Assembly: GCA_947630505.1 (NCBI GenBank)
Contig: CANRHV010000006.1
Location: forward strand, 2,589-66,588
From: an uncultured Monoglobus sp.
GTDB lineage: Bacteria; Bacillota; Clostridia; Monoglobales; Monoglobaceae
Length of the DNA stretch: 64,000 nucleotides
Direction of reading: 5' to 3'
Positions 31,974-40,085 of the stretch are shown here, piece by piece. The position numbers were made by a program, and so were the translations under genes. Under the pieces are notes generated by a model. That model was not told the origin of the DNA, ran no database searches, and saw only the letters and a program-made list of their open reading frames with translations. Positions within the stretch are counted from its first letter, which is position 1. The number at the start of each line of letters is the position of its first letter.

Positions 31974-32088
31974 TAGTAAATTTCAAAAAACCGCTATTTT
32001 AAATAAAACACCGTTGACATTTTAGTTGTATTAAAATCGCAATATAGAATGTGGTTTCTAACTTTTGCACGGTAAATTAAATATTATA

Positions 32089-32117
32089 TTGACAAATACA
32101 CATTTGATGTGTATAAT
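32089..32117 (+). promoter_or_regulatory. hicAB promoter with a palindromic operator in the spacer
   Basis: TTGACA-17 bp-TATAAT; inverted repeat ATACACAT-ttg-ATGTGTAT at 32096-32114. Confidence 0.8.
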
Positions 32118-32140
32118 ATATATTGTTTGGAGGTTTCGGA

Positions 32141-32314
32141 ATGAAAACAAAAGATTTGATTAAATTACTTGAAAAGAATAACTGGTATTTAAAGCGAAGT
32201 GGTGGGAACCATGATATATACACAAACGGAATCGACAGCGAAACAATACCGAGGCACAAGGAGATCAAGGAAAACCTTGCAAAAGCAATAATAAAGCGTA
32301 GAGGGCTTAAATAA
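32141..32314 (+). CDS. hicA: HicA family toxin
   Basis: ATG 32141 after GGAGG; short basic protein with LIKLLEKNNW...GNHDIY (catalytic His) and IPRH. Confidence 0.9.
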   Translation: MKTKDLIKLLEKNNWYLKRSGGNHDIYTNGIDSETIPRHKEIKENLAKAIIKRRGLK

Positions 32315-32349
32315 GTCCCGTTTAATAAATAATTTATGGAGGTAATATT

Positions 32350-32751
32350 ATGAAAAATTCATATCCTATAATTTTAACGCCGGACAAAGTCGGATATGTG
32401 GTATATATCCCTGATTTTAATATTAATACCGAAGGGGACACGCTTACGGATGCTATCGAGATGGCGCGCGACGCCATAGGGATAATGGGCATTGATATGG
32501 AAGATGACAAAAATGAGCTGCCGATCCCAACATCGTTAGGCGATTTGAAAAAAACTTCGAGCAGCGATATAATTTCTTTGGTTGATGTCGATTTTACCGA
32601 GTACCGCAGACAAAACGAACAGCGAATGGTGCGGCGAAATGTTACTCTGCCGTCATGGCTTAATTATGAAGCTGAAAAAAGCGGTGTAAATGTTTCGGCA
32701 ATATTGCAAAGAGCATTAAAAAACGAGCTTCATCTCACCAATCGTTTATAA
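32350..32751 (+). CDS. hicB: HicB family antitoxin with C-terminal RHH domain
   Basis: YVVYIPDF, TEGDTLTDAIEMARDA, RRNVTLPSWL...NVSAILQRAL. Confidence 0.9.
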   Translation: MKNSYPIILTPDKVGYVVYIPDFNINTEGDTLTDAIEMARDAIGIMGIDMEDDKNELPIPTSLGDLKKTSSSDIISLVDVDFTEYRRQNEQRMVRRNVTLPSWLNYEAEKSGVNVSAILQRALKNELHLTNRL

Positions 32752-32795
32752 AATTATGCATATTTTAATCGCGAATATTGAGGGATGAAATTTAA

Positions 32796-33509
32796 ATGGC
32801 GCTGCGGATAGCTGTGTGTGACGATGAAAACAATTGGATAAATGAGCTTGAAAAATGCCTTTTGCGGTATAATGAAAACAATAATCGAATAGATTGGGAG
32901 GTTTTCTATTCCGGCGAGGAGCTTTTGAAATACTTTGCCGCGCACGGCAATGTTTTTGATATGCTTATCACCGATATTGAGATGAGCGGAATAAACGGAG
33001 TCGAAACCGCGAACAGAATCAGAGAGCTTGACAAAGACATAAGCATTATTTTTCTCACGAATTATGAAAAATACATGCGCGACTGCTTCAGCTGCATGCC
33101 TTCAGGATTTCTTGACAAGCCCGTGAGCTTTGACGATATAAAGAAAATACTGGATAAGAAACTTTCGGAAACGAAAAACGCCGCTCTATTTTCTTTTAAG
33201 TATAACCGCAGAGAGTATAATATCCCTTTCAGTGAAATTATATATGTTAATAACGATATGCGCAAGATTATTCTGCACACGACAAATGAAACTTATGAGT
33301 TTATAGGCAAGCTAAAGGATTACGAAAAGATTTTCGAGGAACACGGATTTGCCATGACCCACAATTCGTTCTGCGTGAATCTGTCCGCTATCGCTAATCG
33401 TTCCGCCGCTGAGGTTGTTTTAAAAAACGGCGAAATAGTGCCTGTCAGCGACTCGCGCAGAGAGAATTTTGAAGAACGCTATTTGGCGTATATTAAGAAC
33501 AAGAGGTAA
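32796..33509 (+). CDS. LytTR family response regulator (AgrA/VirR-like)
   Basis: IAVCDD, LITDIEM (phospho-Asp), FLDKP; LytTR domain (THNSFCVN, VPVSDSR). Confidence 0.92.
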   Translation: MALRIAVCDDENNWINELEKCLLRYNENNNRIDWEVFYSGEELLKYFAAHGNVFDMLITDIEMSGINGVETANRIRELDKDISIIFLTNYEKYMRDCFSCMPSGFLDKPVSFDDIKKILDKKLSETKNAALFSFKYNRREYNIPFSEIIYVNNDMRKIILHTTNETYEFIGKLKDYEKIFEEHGFAMTHNSFCVNLSAIANRSAAEVVLKNGEIVPVSDSRRENFEERYLAYIKNKR

Positions 33510-33515
33510 CACATC

Positions 33516-34805
33516 ATGTTTAGAATTTTAGATATCGCCGTGATCATATTTGAAACAATTATGGCGTTTATGTTTTTTGACAGCTTTTTGGTATGTGACA
33601 AAAGGGAATTTAAAATACTTTCAAGAGTTTTGTTCGCGGCTTTTTTGCTTACCGGCAATTTTATCGGCGACAATATTCTTATCACGACAATACTGTCAAT
33701 CGCGGCATCCTTGGCAGGAGTTATATTATATAAAAACAGTGTTAAGCAAAAAGTTTTTTACGCCTTGATTTTTATTTTGATCGGAATCGCATCGGAATAT
33801 TTGGTCGGAGCATTGTTTATCGCTTTAGAGCATGTTCGTCCTGTGGAGCTGATGGACGAAAACGTTTCAAGATTTGTCGGAATAATCGCGTCGAAAATTC
33901 TCGCGCTTATAATTATAAAAACAGTATGTATAATTTGGAATAAAAAGCGGTTCGGGATGTATCGTAGTTATTGGCTGGCGCTGATGACCGCTCCGATAGT
34001 TAATATCGCGATCTTGATTTGCATAGCATATTTTTTTGAAACTCTCACCGATATCAGCGGAATAGTTTTGTTATTGTTAATGATATGCATAATGTACAGC
34101 AGCGTGATCGGGTTTTATTTATTCGATAAGCTGATTGACACGGTTGAAATAAAAATGAAAAATATTCTCCTGGAAAATCAGGTCGACGCGCAGGAAAAAC
34201 AAGCAAAGAGGTCTGATGCCGAAAACGAGAGAATGAGATCAATAAAGCATGATTTCAAAAATCATCTGGAAATGATAGACGCTATGCTTGAAAACAACAA
34301 TATCGCCGAGGCAAAAAAGTACATATCGGAGCTTGGCATTGAAAAAGTAAAAAATGAGGACGCCGTTATGAACACCGGCAACCTTGCGCTTGATTCGATA
34401 ATAAATTCAAAAATTGAACAGGCGAGGAAAAGCGGCATTGAAACCGAGCTGAATATCAAGAAACTGCCTTGCGACTTAAAGCTCACGGGCGTGGAATGCT
34501 GTATGCTGCTCGGCAATCTTTTTGACAACGCCATAGAGGGCTGCGCGGGTCTTGAGGCGGGCAGACGGAAAATATTTTTTGATATTTTATTTGAGCAAAA
34601 TCAATTATTTATCGGTTTAAAAAACACTACGGACAAGCAGCCGAAATTTAAAAACGGGCTGCCGATAACCGACAAAGCGGACGCGGCAAATCACGGAATA
34701 GGACTTAAAAACATAACCGAGGTCGTTGAAAAATACAACGGAATTATGCGCGCTTCCTGCGAAAACGGAGTTTACGAAACAGATACAGTGCTTTTTGACG
34801 TATAA
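33516..34805 (+). CDS. GHKL sensor histidine kinase (AgrC/VirS-like)
   Basis: Multi-TM N-terminus, H-box RSIKHDFKNHL, N-box GNLFDNAIE, HGIGLKNI. Confidence 0.92.
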   Translation: MFRILDIAVIIFETIMAFMFFDSFLVCDKREFKILSRVLFAAFLLTGNFIGDNILITTILSIAASLAGVILYKNSVKQKVFYALIFILIGIASEYLVGALFIALEHVRPVELMDENVSRFVGIIASKILALIIIKTVCIIWNKKRFGMYRSYWLALMTAPIVNIAILICIAYFFETLTDISGIVLLLLMICIMYSSVIGFYLFDKLIDTVEIKMKNILLENQVDAQEKQAKRSDAENERMRSIKHDFKNHLEMIDAMLENNNIAEAKKYISELGIEKVKNEDAVMNTGNLALDSIINSKIEQARKSGIETELNIKKLPCDLKLTGVECCMLLGNLFDNAIEGCAGLEAGRRKIFFDILFEQNQLFIGLKNTTDKQPKFKNGLPITDKADAANHGIGLKNITEVVEKYNGIMRASCENGVYETDTVLFDV

Positions 34806-34837
34806 AACCAATGTCAATATAAAATTATAAAAAGATA

Positions 34838-34877
34838 AGGTTATTGCCGTGTTAAACATGATATACGGCAATAACCT
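34838..34877. terminator. Hairpin between the convergent kinase and uppP genes
   Basis: 13-bp perfect stem AGGTTATTGCCGT / ACGGCAATAACCT. Confidence 0.7.
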
Positions 34878-34901
34878 ATTTCTTTATTTGATAAATATTA
34901 T

Positions 34902-35711
34902 TTAAAATATCAAAAAGTAAGCGATAACGACCGCTCCGAGAACTATTCTGTACCAGCCGAAGGGCTTAAAGTCGTGGCTCTTTACGAAATTCACAAGGAA
35001 CTTTATAGCCAGCATTGAGACTATGTACGCCACCGCCATGCCGATAAGCAGCACGGCCGCGTCGCCGCCGCTCATAACAAGGCCGTATTTTAAAATCTTC
35101 AAAAGACTCACACCGAACATGACGGGTATCGCCAGAAAGAACGAGAACTCGGCGGCTATTTCTCTCGAGCAGCCGACGATCATAGCGCCCAATATGGTCG
35201 ATCCCGATCGCGAGGTTCCGGGAATTATCGAAAGCACCTGGAACATGCCGATCAGCAGCGCTGTTTTGTAAGTCATGCCGTTCATGTCGCGCACGAGAGT
35301 TTTCCGCGGACGGTTTTCAAGAATAATAAACGCGATACCGTAGATTATAAGGGTCGCCGAAACGACTTCCCAATTCTCAAGCTTCTCCATGATCGGGTCT
35401 AGCAGCAGACCGATAACCGCCGCGGGCAGACATGCGATTATCACTTTAAGCCACATCTGCCACGTGTCCGACTTCTCGCTCTTTGTCTTGCTCGGCGAAA
35501 ACGGGTTAAGCTTGCGGAAATACAGGGTAACGACCGCGAGTATCGCTCCGAGCTGTATAACATACAAATACAAGTCGGAGGCGGTGAAGCCCGTGTTGCG
35601 GATAAGCTCGTTCACAAGTATCATATGCCCCGTGGAGCTGATCGGCAGCCACTCGGTTATGCCCTCGACAATACCGAGAACAATTGATTTTATAACTTCA
35701 ATAAAGTTCAA
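34902..35711 (-). CDS. uppP: Undecaprenyl-diphosphate phosphatase
   Basis: GIVEGITEWLPISSTGH, PGTSRSG, AEFSFFLAIP. Confidence 0.96.
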   Translation of the reverse strand: MNFIEVIKSIVLGIVEGITEWLPISSTGHMILVNELIRNTGFTASDLYLYVIQLGAILAVVTLYFRKLNPFSPSKTKSEKSDTWQMWLKVIIACLPAAVIGLLLDPIMEKLENWEVVSATLIIYGIAFIILENRPRKTLVRDMNGMTYKTALLIGMFQVLSIIPGTSRSGSTILGAMIVGCSREIAAEFSFFLAIPVMFGVSLLKILKYGLVMSGGDAAVLLIGMAVAYIVSMLAIKFLVNFVKSHDFKPFGWYRIVLGAVVIAYFLIF

Positions 35712-35744
35712 TTCAGGATACCTCCAAAAATTTATGTATTTATT

Positions 35745-35782
35745 ATTATATACGCAAACAGGCCTTGTGTCAAGACCTGTTT
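35745..35782 (-). promoter_or_regulatory. uppP promoter with its -35 inside the upstream gene's terminator hairpin
   Basis: Minus strand TTGACA-17 bp-TATAAT (35745-35773); hairpin AAACAGG..CTTG/CAAG..CCTGTTT at 35756-35782. Confidence 0.6.
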
Positions 35783-35804
35783 ATTAAAATTATATTACAA
35801 TTTG

Positions 35805-36215
35805 TTAATATGTATAGTAATAAAAGTTTTGAAACTCGTTCCTGAATTCCGGGTTATTGACCGCTTGTACCATAAGGGCTATCAATCCGACCATGACCAG
35901 CGCGCCGATAATTATTTTTATCACCGTGACGATAATCGTGGCGATCGCCCAATTCTTAGATGTTATTTCAAACTTGTCGCTGCACGCCCAGACGATAAGC
36001 ATTATCAGATATACTATACCGCCGACAACAGGTATCCAGGAAATAAACTGTCTGCCGACCCACGCCGGTATTGAAACCGGGCGGTTGTAAGGTTTTTCGG
36101 GAAGCGGCATCTGCGGCTGCTGCATATATCCGTTCGTCTCGGTCAATTGAGAGCCGTTTCCGCATATAACGCACTTGCCGTCGATAATTTCTCCTCCGCA
36201 GTTCGCGCATCTCAT
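35805..36215 (-). CDS. Small membrane protein with an N-terminal zinc ribbon
   Basis: CANCG...CVICG followed by two to three TM segments. Confidence 0.7.
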   Translation of the reverse strand: MRCANCGGEIIDGKCVICGNGSQLTETNGYMQQPQMPLPEKPYNRPVSIPAWVGRQFISWIPVVGGIVYLIMLIVWACSDKFEITSKNWAIATIIVTVIKIIIGALVMVGLIALMVQAVNNPEFRNEFQNFYYYTY

Positions 36216-36227
36216 ATGTCAGACCCC

Positions 36228-36869
36228 CTATTTGATAAGCTCGGCTATATCGGTGTTCTCGCCGGTTATGGCAACGACCGCGCCCTGCTTCGCCTCGGGC
36301 GCGTCGGGGTGGGCGATCAGCCATTTGTTGCTTGCGAACAGCCGCTTGTCCTCATCGTTTGTTATTTTTATATCGGGCTTATCGTAGTTTGTTCCCTTAG
36401 GAAGCACAATAACAACTCTGAATCCCTCGCCGAGCTTGGCGCTGCACGGCGCGTAGTGCATTGTCGTCGCGTAAAGCTCGACCGCGGTGCCCTTAGAGCA
36501 GAGAAAAGCCTCGACCTTGGACGTGTCGTAGGTTCCCGCCGCGTCCTGCTGGCTTCCAACGAGCAAAACAACATCGTCGGCCGCTATGTCGATCTCGCTG
36601 TCCTTGTGGTACTCAAGGCAGTTGAGTTTGGTGTTTGTGCCGTTGCAATAGCCGATCTGGATAGGCATTCCGCCATAGACGTTATCGCTTAAATACTTCT
36701 TCGCGTCGATCGCCTCAAGCTCTGAACACGAGGGGACATATACCACGTCGTCGGGCTTCGGGGAGCATTTCTCAAGTGTAGAGAGAAGTTCGCCGAAGTC
36801 GTATCCTTCGACCACTCTGCCGTATTTCACAAAATCCTTGTCCGTAACAGACTTAATAACTAAACTCAT
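36228..36869 (-). CDS. DUF4867 family protein
   Basis: YGGMPIQIGYCNG, LNCLEYHKDSE, ELYATTMHYAPC, SNKWLIAH. Confidence 0.75.
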   Translation of the reverse strand: MSLVIKSVTDKDFVKYGRVVEGYDFGELLSTLEKCSPKPDDVVYVPSCSELEAIDAKKYLSDNVYGGMPIQIGYCNGTNTKLNCLEYHKDSEIDIAADDVVLLVGSQQDAAGTYDTSKVEAFLCSKGTAVELYATTMHYAPCSAKLGEGFRVVIVLPKGTNYDKPDIKITNDEDKRLFASNKWLIAHPDAPEAKQGAVVAITGENTDIAELIK

Positions 36870-36896
36870 TTTCATTCCTCCGTTTATTTAAAAATT

Positions 36897-38015
36897 TTAA
36901 ATCTCACTCAATTTTTCTCTCAGACCCTCGAATATCTGCTCGGCTATCCGGTCGTAATCCTTATCCGAATCATCGTCCATTTTATTTTTGATGTTGGGAC
37001 CGATCTGCACAAGGGCTTCCAAAAGGTCGGGATTAAACGCTCCGCATTCGCCGCCTGTTATCATGTCGAGCGCCTTTTCATGGCTGTAAGCGGGTTTATA
37101 CACTCTCTCGCTTGTGAGCGCGTCATAAACGTCCGCGATGGCGACAACTTGCGCGGGTATCGGGATCTCGCCGCCCTTCAAACCGTCGGGGTAGCCTCTG
37201 CCGTCCCACCGCTCGTGGTGCCAGCGGCAGATCTGCTTTGCCGCCTCAATAAGAGGCGCGTTGTGCCAATTGAGATGTTCCAATATCTCATAGCCGTATA
37301 CCGAGTGTTTTTTCATTATTTCATATTCCTCGTCGGTCAGGCGTCCCGGCTTGTTAAGGATCTTGTCGTCGATCGCGATCTTTCCGATATCGTGCATAGC
37401 CGAGGCTGTCGCCCACATGGCAACGTCCTGCGGCGGCATATAATATTTGGAGTCAAGCCGCTGCAGCTCATTCAAAAGCAGCTCGGTCAGGCGGCGTATG
37501 TGCAAAACATGCGGGCCCGACTCGCCGTTTCTGAACTCAACGACCGAGCTGAGCACGTCGATAAGCATAGTGTTGTTTTCCTCGCGCTTTGAGATCTGTT
37601 CTTTTATCAAAGCGGTCAGCAGATTTTGCTTGGCGTAGAGAATAATAACGTTTGAAAGACGTCTTAAAACTATATTCGGGTCAAAAGGCCTGCTTATGTA
37701 GTCGACAACGCCGAGGTCATAGCCGCGAGCGATGTACTCGGGAGAATTCTCGGCGGATATCATAATAACCGGCATATTTTCCAAAAGACCCTTGCGGGAT
37801 AATATTTTAAGCACCTCAAAACCGTCCGGCTCGGGCATCATGGCGTCGAGCAGAACGGCGGAAATATTTTCGTAATTGTTTTCTATTATCTCAATAGCGG
37901 CGGTTCCGTTGTCCGCCTCGATAGTGTTAAAATCAGATTCCAGAATATCATTCAGCATAACTCTGTTCATTTCCATGTCGTCAACGATCAGAACAGTCGG
38001 CTTAGTTTTTGTCAT
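36897..38015 (-). CDS. Response regulator with HD-GYP phosphodiesterase domain (RpfG-like)
   Basis: REC domain (LIVDD, LLDAMMP); MHDIGK and HHERWDGRGYPDGL. Confidence 0.92.
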   Translation of the reverse strand: MTKTKPTVLIVDDMEMNRVMLNDILESDFNTIEADNGTAAIEIIENNYENISAVLLDAMMPEPDGFEVLKILSRKGLLENMPVIMISAENSPEYIARGYDLGVVDYISRPFDPNIVLRRLSNVIILYAKQNLLTALIKEQISKREENNTMLIDVLSSVVEFRNGESGPHVLHIRRLTELLLNELQRLDSKYYMPPQDVAMWATASAMHDIGKIAIDDKILNKPGRLTDEEYEIMKKHSVYGYEILEHLNWHNAPLIEAAKQICRWHHERWDGRGYPDGLKGGEIPIPAQVVAIADVYDALTSERVYKPAYSHEKALDMITGGECGAFNPDLLEALVQIGPNIKNKMDDDSDKDYDRIAEQIFEGLREKLSEI

Positions 38016-38045
38016 AAATTTCCTCCGTCAATAAAAATTCTAAAA

Positions 38046-38402
38046 TCAGTCAAGACATTTATTAAGAGCGTCGATAACTTTTTCGTACTCCGACTCTATC
38101 GGCCGATACAGCGCGTCAAGATCGTATTCGCCTCCGCGTATCGCGTCGACCATATCGGAGCAAGCTGTGCCGAGGCCAAGCAGACCCAAATTAAAGCACA
38201 TTCCCTTGAGCGAGTGTGCGACCTTGAGCGACTCCTCCGCGTCGCCTTTTTCATACGCGGCGGAGAGCTGATCATATGTTCTGTCGTTTTTAAACATGGT
38301 AAGATATTTTATTACCAGATTTTCTTTTCCGAGCAGACGGGTGAGGACCTCGTCATAATTTTCATTAAGGCTTGCGTACGCCTCGGCAACAGTAATCTTC
38401 AT
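38046..38402 (-). CDS. Stand-alone Hpt (histidine phosphotransfer) protein
   Basis: AHSLKGMCFNLG motif; ATG 38402 fits the GGAG spacing. Confidence 0.85.
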   Translation of the reverse strand: MKITVAEAYASLNENYDEVLTRLLGKENLVIKYLTMFKNDRTYDQLSAAYEKGDAEESLKVAHSLKGMCFNLGLLGLGTACSDMVDAIRGGEYDLDALYRPIESEYEKVIDALNKCLD

Positions 38403-38435
38403 AAACTTCACTCCAATTAATATTATGTCAAATCC

Positions 38436-38464
38436 AGTATAACATTAGGTATTTTCTTTGTCAA
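38436..38464 (-). promoter_or_regulatory. SigA-type promoter of the hpt-HD-GYP operon
   Basis: Minus strand TTGACA-17 bp-TATACT with TG extension. Confidence 0.7.
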
Positions 38465-38501
38465 GGCGAAAATACAGGTAATTACAAAATATTGTTAAAA
38501 T

Positions 38502-39902
38502 CTAATCAATCGGTCCCCAAACCCTTTCTATGCGCTTTACCGCGTCTTTGATCTCGCGTATATTCAAGCCGCCGTAGCCGAAAACAAAGGCTCGGTGCTC
38601 GATTTGAGGATTTGGGTTATTCAAAAACTTGCTCATTTCGAATATTTTTACACCCGCGTCAAACGCGGCGCGCGTATGCTCGATGCCGCTTCCTCCGCCT
38701 TCTATTATTCCCAGAAAATTCATTCCCGTGTCGGTGTTGACGGCGGCGAACCGGTCGCCTATTTCCGACGCTTTAAGCTCCGAAATGAGATGATCGCGCT
38801 TTTTTTTCATATTCTTATTATTTTTAAGTATCAGCTTTTTCAAAAATCCGCCGCTGAGCAAATTGTGATATATTTCCTGCTCGTAAGCCGTCACAAGCGG
38901 CGAGAAGATCTCAAGCTTTTTTATCACCGTGTCAATTATGCCGGGCGGAAGCACCATGTACGACGCGTGAATATTCGGTGATATAATATATTCAAAACTT
39001 TCAAGATAAATCACATTTGATTCGGCGAGCGTGTATATTGTGCTTATTATATTGTCCGAGTAATTAAGATAACCGTCGGTCGCGGTTTCGATAATATACT
39101 TATCATTTGAACCCGAACACCAGCGGGCAAGATCCTGTCTTTCCTCAAGCCCCATCCTGCGCCCTGTCGGGAGCTGGTTCTCGGGCATCAATATCATAAC
39201 GTCGATCCCGAGTTTGTCAAGCTCGTCCGGAAGAATTCTGTTGTGCGCCGTGATGTTCAAGAATTTAATATTAACGCCAAGATTTTTAAGCCAAATATAC
39301 ATTTTGTAATCGGTGGGATTCTCAAAGCCGTAAACCTTGTCGGCCCCCAGGATCATTACGATAGCCGTCAAAAGATACTGGATACCGGCGCCGAATATAA
39401 TGTCATTTATAGAGCAGCTGATCCCCCTGAATTGGCTTAAAAATTTCGAAAGCTCGACACGAAGTCCCGGCTCGCCTCTCTTATTGCCGTGAGTCGACAA
39501 AATTTGAGCGGTGTTTTCTATCGCTTTGTTATATTTTTCGGAAGGAAAAATAAAGTATTCTTCCAAAAACGAAGTGTCGCAGTTGTTGTAACTGAAATTA
39601 TAGGAATATTCGGTGCTCGTCTCCCACACAATATCGTTATATTCATCATTTGTTGATTCAAAGGTCCTGGCGTAAAAACCGCTGCGGTCGATCGTGACGG
39701 CATAGCCCTCGTCGACAAGCGCCTGATACGCGTTGTTTATGGTTGTTGTGCTGAGATTCAGCGTTCTCGCCAATTTTCTTCTGGACGGAAGCTTTTGCAT
39801 GTTTTCGTATTTTCCCGCTTTGATTTCATCTATGAAAGCCCTCTTTAGCTGAAGGTAAAGCGGTATTCCGTTATTTTTGCCGACAAAGTTCTGTATTGCC
39901 AT
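38502..39902 (-). CDS. MocR/GabR-family GntR regulator with a degenerate aminotransferase-like domain
   Basis: wHTH (PLYLQL, KLPSRRKLA, AYQALVDEGY) fused to a type-I aminotransferase-like fold; PLP-binding residues are substituted. Confidence 0.85.
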   Translation of the reverse strand: MAIQNFVGKNNGIPLYLQLKRAFIDEIKAGKYENMQKLPSRRKLARTLNLSTTTINNAYQALVDEGYAVTIDRSGFYARTFESTNDEYNDIVWETSTEYSYNFSYNNCDTSFLEEYFIFPSEKYNKAIENTAQILSTHGNKRGEPGLRVELSKFLSQFRGISCSINDIIFGAGIQYLLTAIVMILGADKVYGFENPTDYKMYIWLKNLGVNIKFLNITAHNRILPDELDKLGIDVMILMPENQLPTGRRMGLEERQDLARWCSGSNDKYIIETATDGYLNYSDNIISTIYTLAESNVIYLESFEYIISPNIHASYMVLPPGIIDTVIKKLEIFSPLVTAYEQEIYHNLLSGGFLKKLILKNNKNMKKKRDHLISELKASEIGDRFAAVNTDTGMNFLGIIEGGGSGIEHTRAAFDAGVKIFEMSKFLNNPNPQIEHRAFVFGYGGLNIREIKDAVKRIERVWGPID

Positions 39903-40024
39903 ATATGACTCCCCAATTAATTGATATTTCATAAGAATTATACCACAAATCAATTATAAATACAAGAATACAAGTAATTTTTTTACAAAATTTGATTAAG
40001 GTAAAAACTTTATAAATAAATTTA

Positions 40025-40053
40025 TTGCTAAAACGATTTTGTTGTGATATAAT
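40025..40053 (+). promoter_or_regulatory. SigA-type promoter of clp-smc-ftsY
   Basis: TTGCTA-17 bp-TATAAT with TG extension. Confidence 0.65.
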
Positions 40054-40085
40054 GTGTTAATATATTGGCAAATAGGAGGGGTATA

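Noticed and set aside
38405-38433. dif-like sequence ACTTCACTCCAA-TTAATA-TTATGTCAAAT
   Set aside because: The left arm has the wrong spacing and is simply the reverse complement of the hpt RBS.
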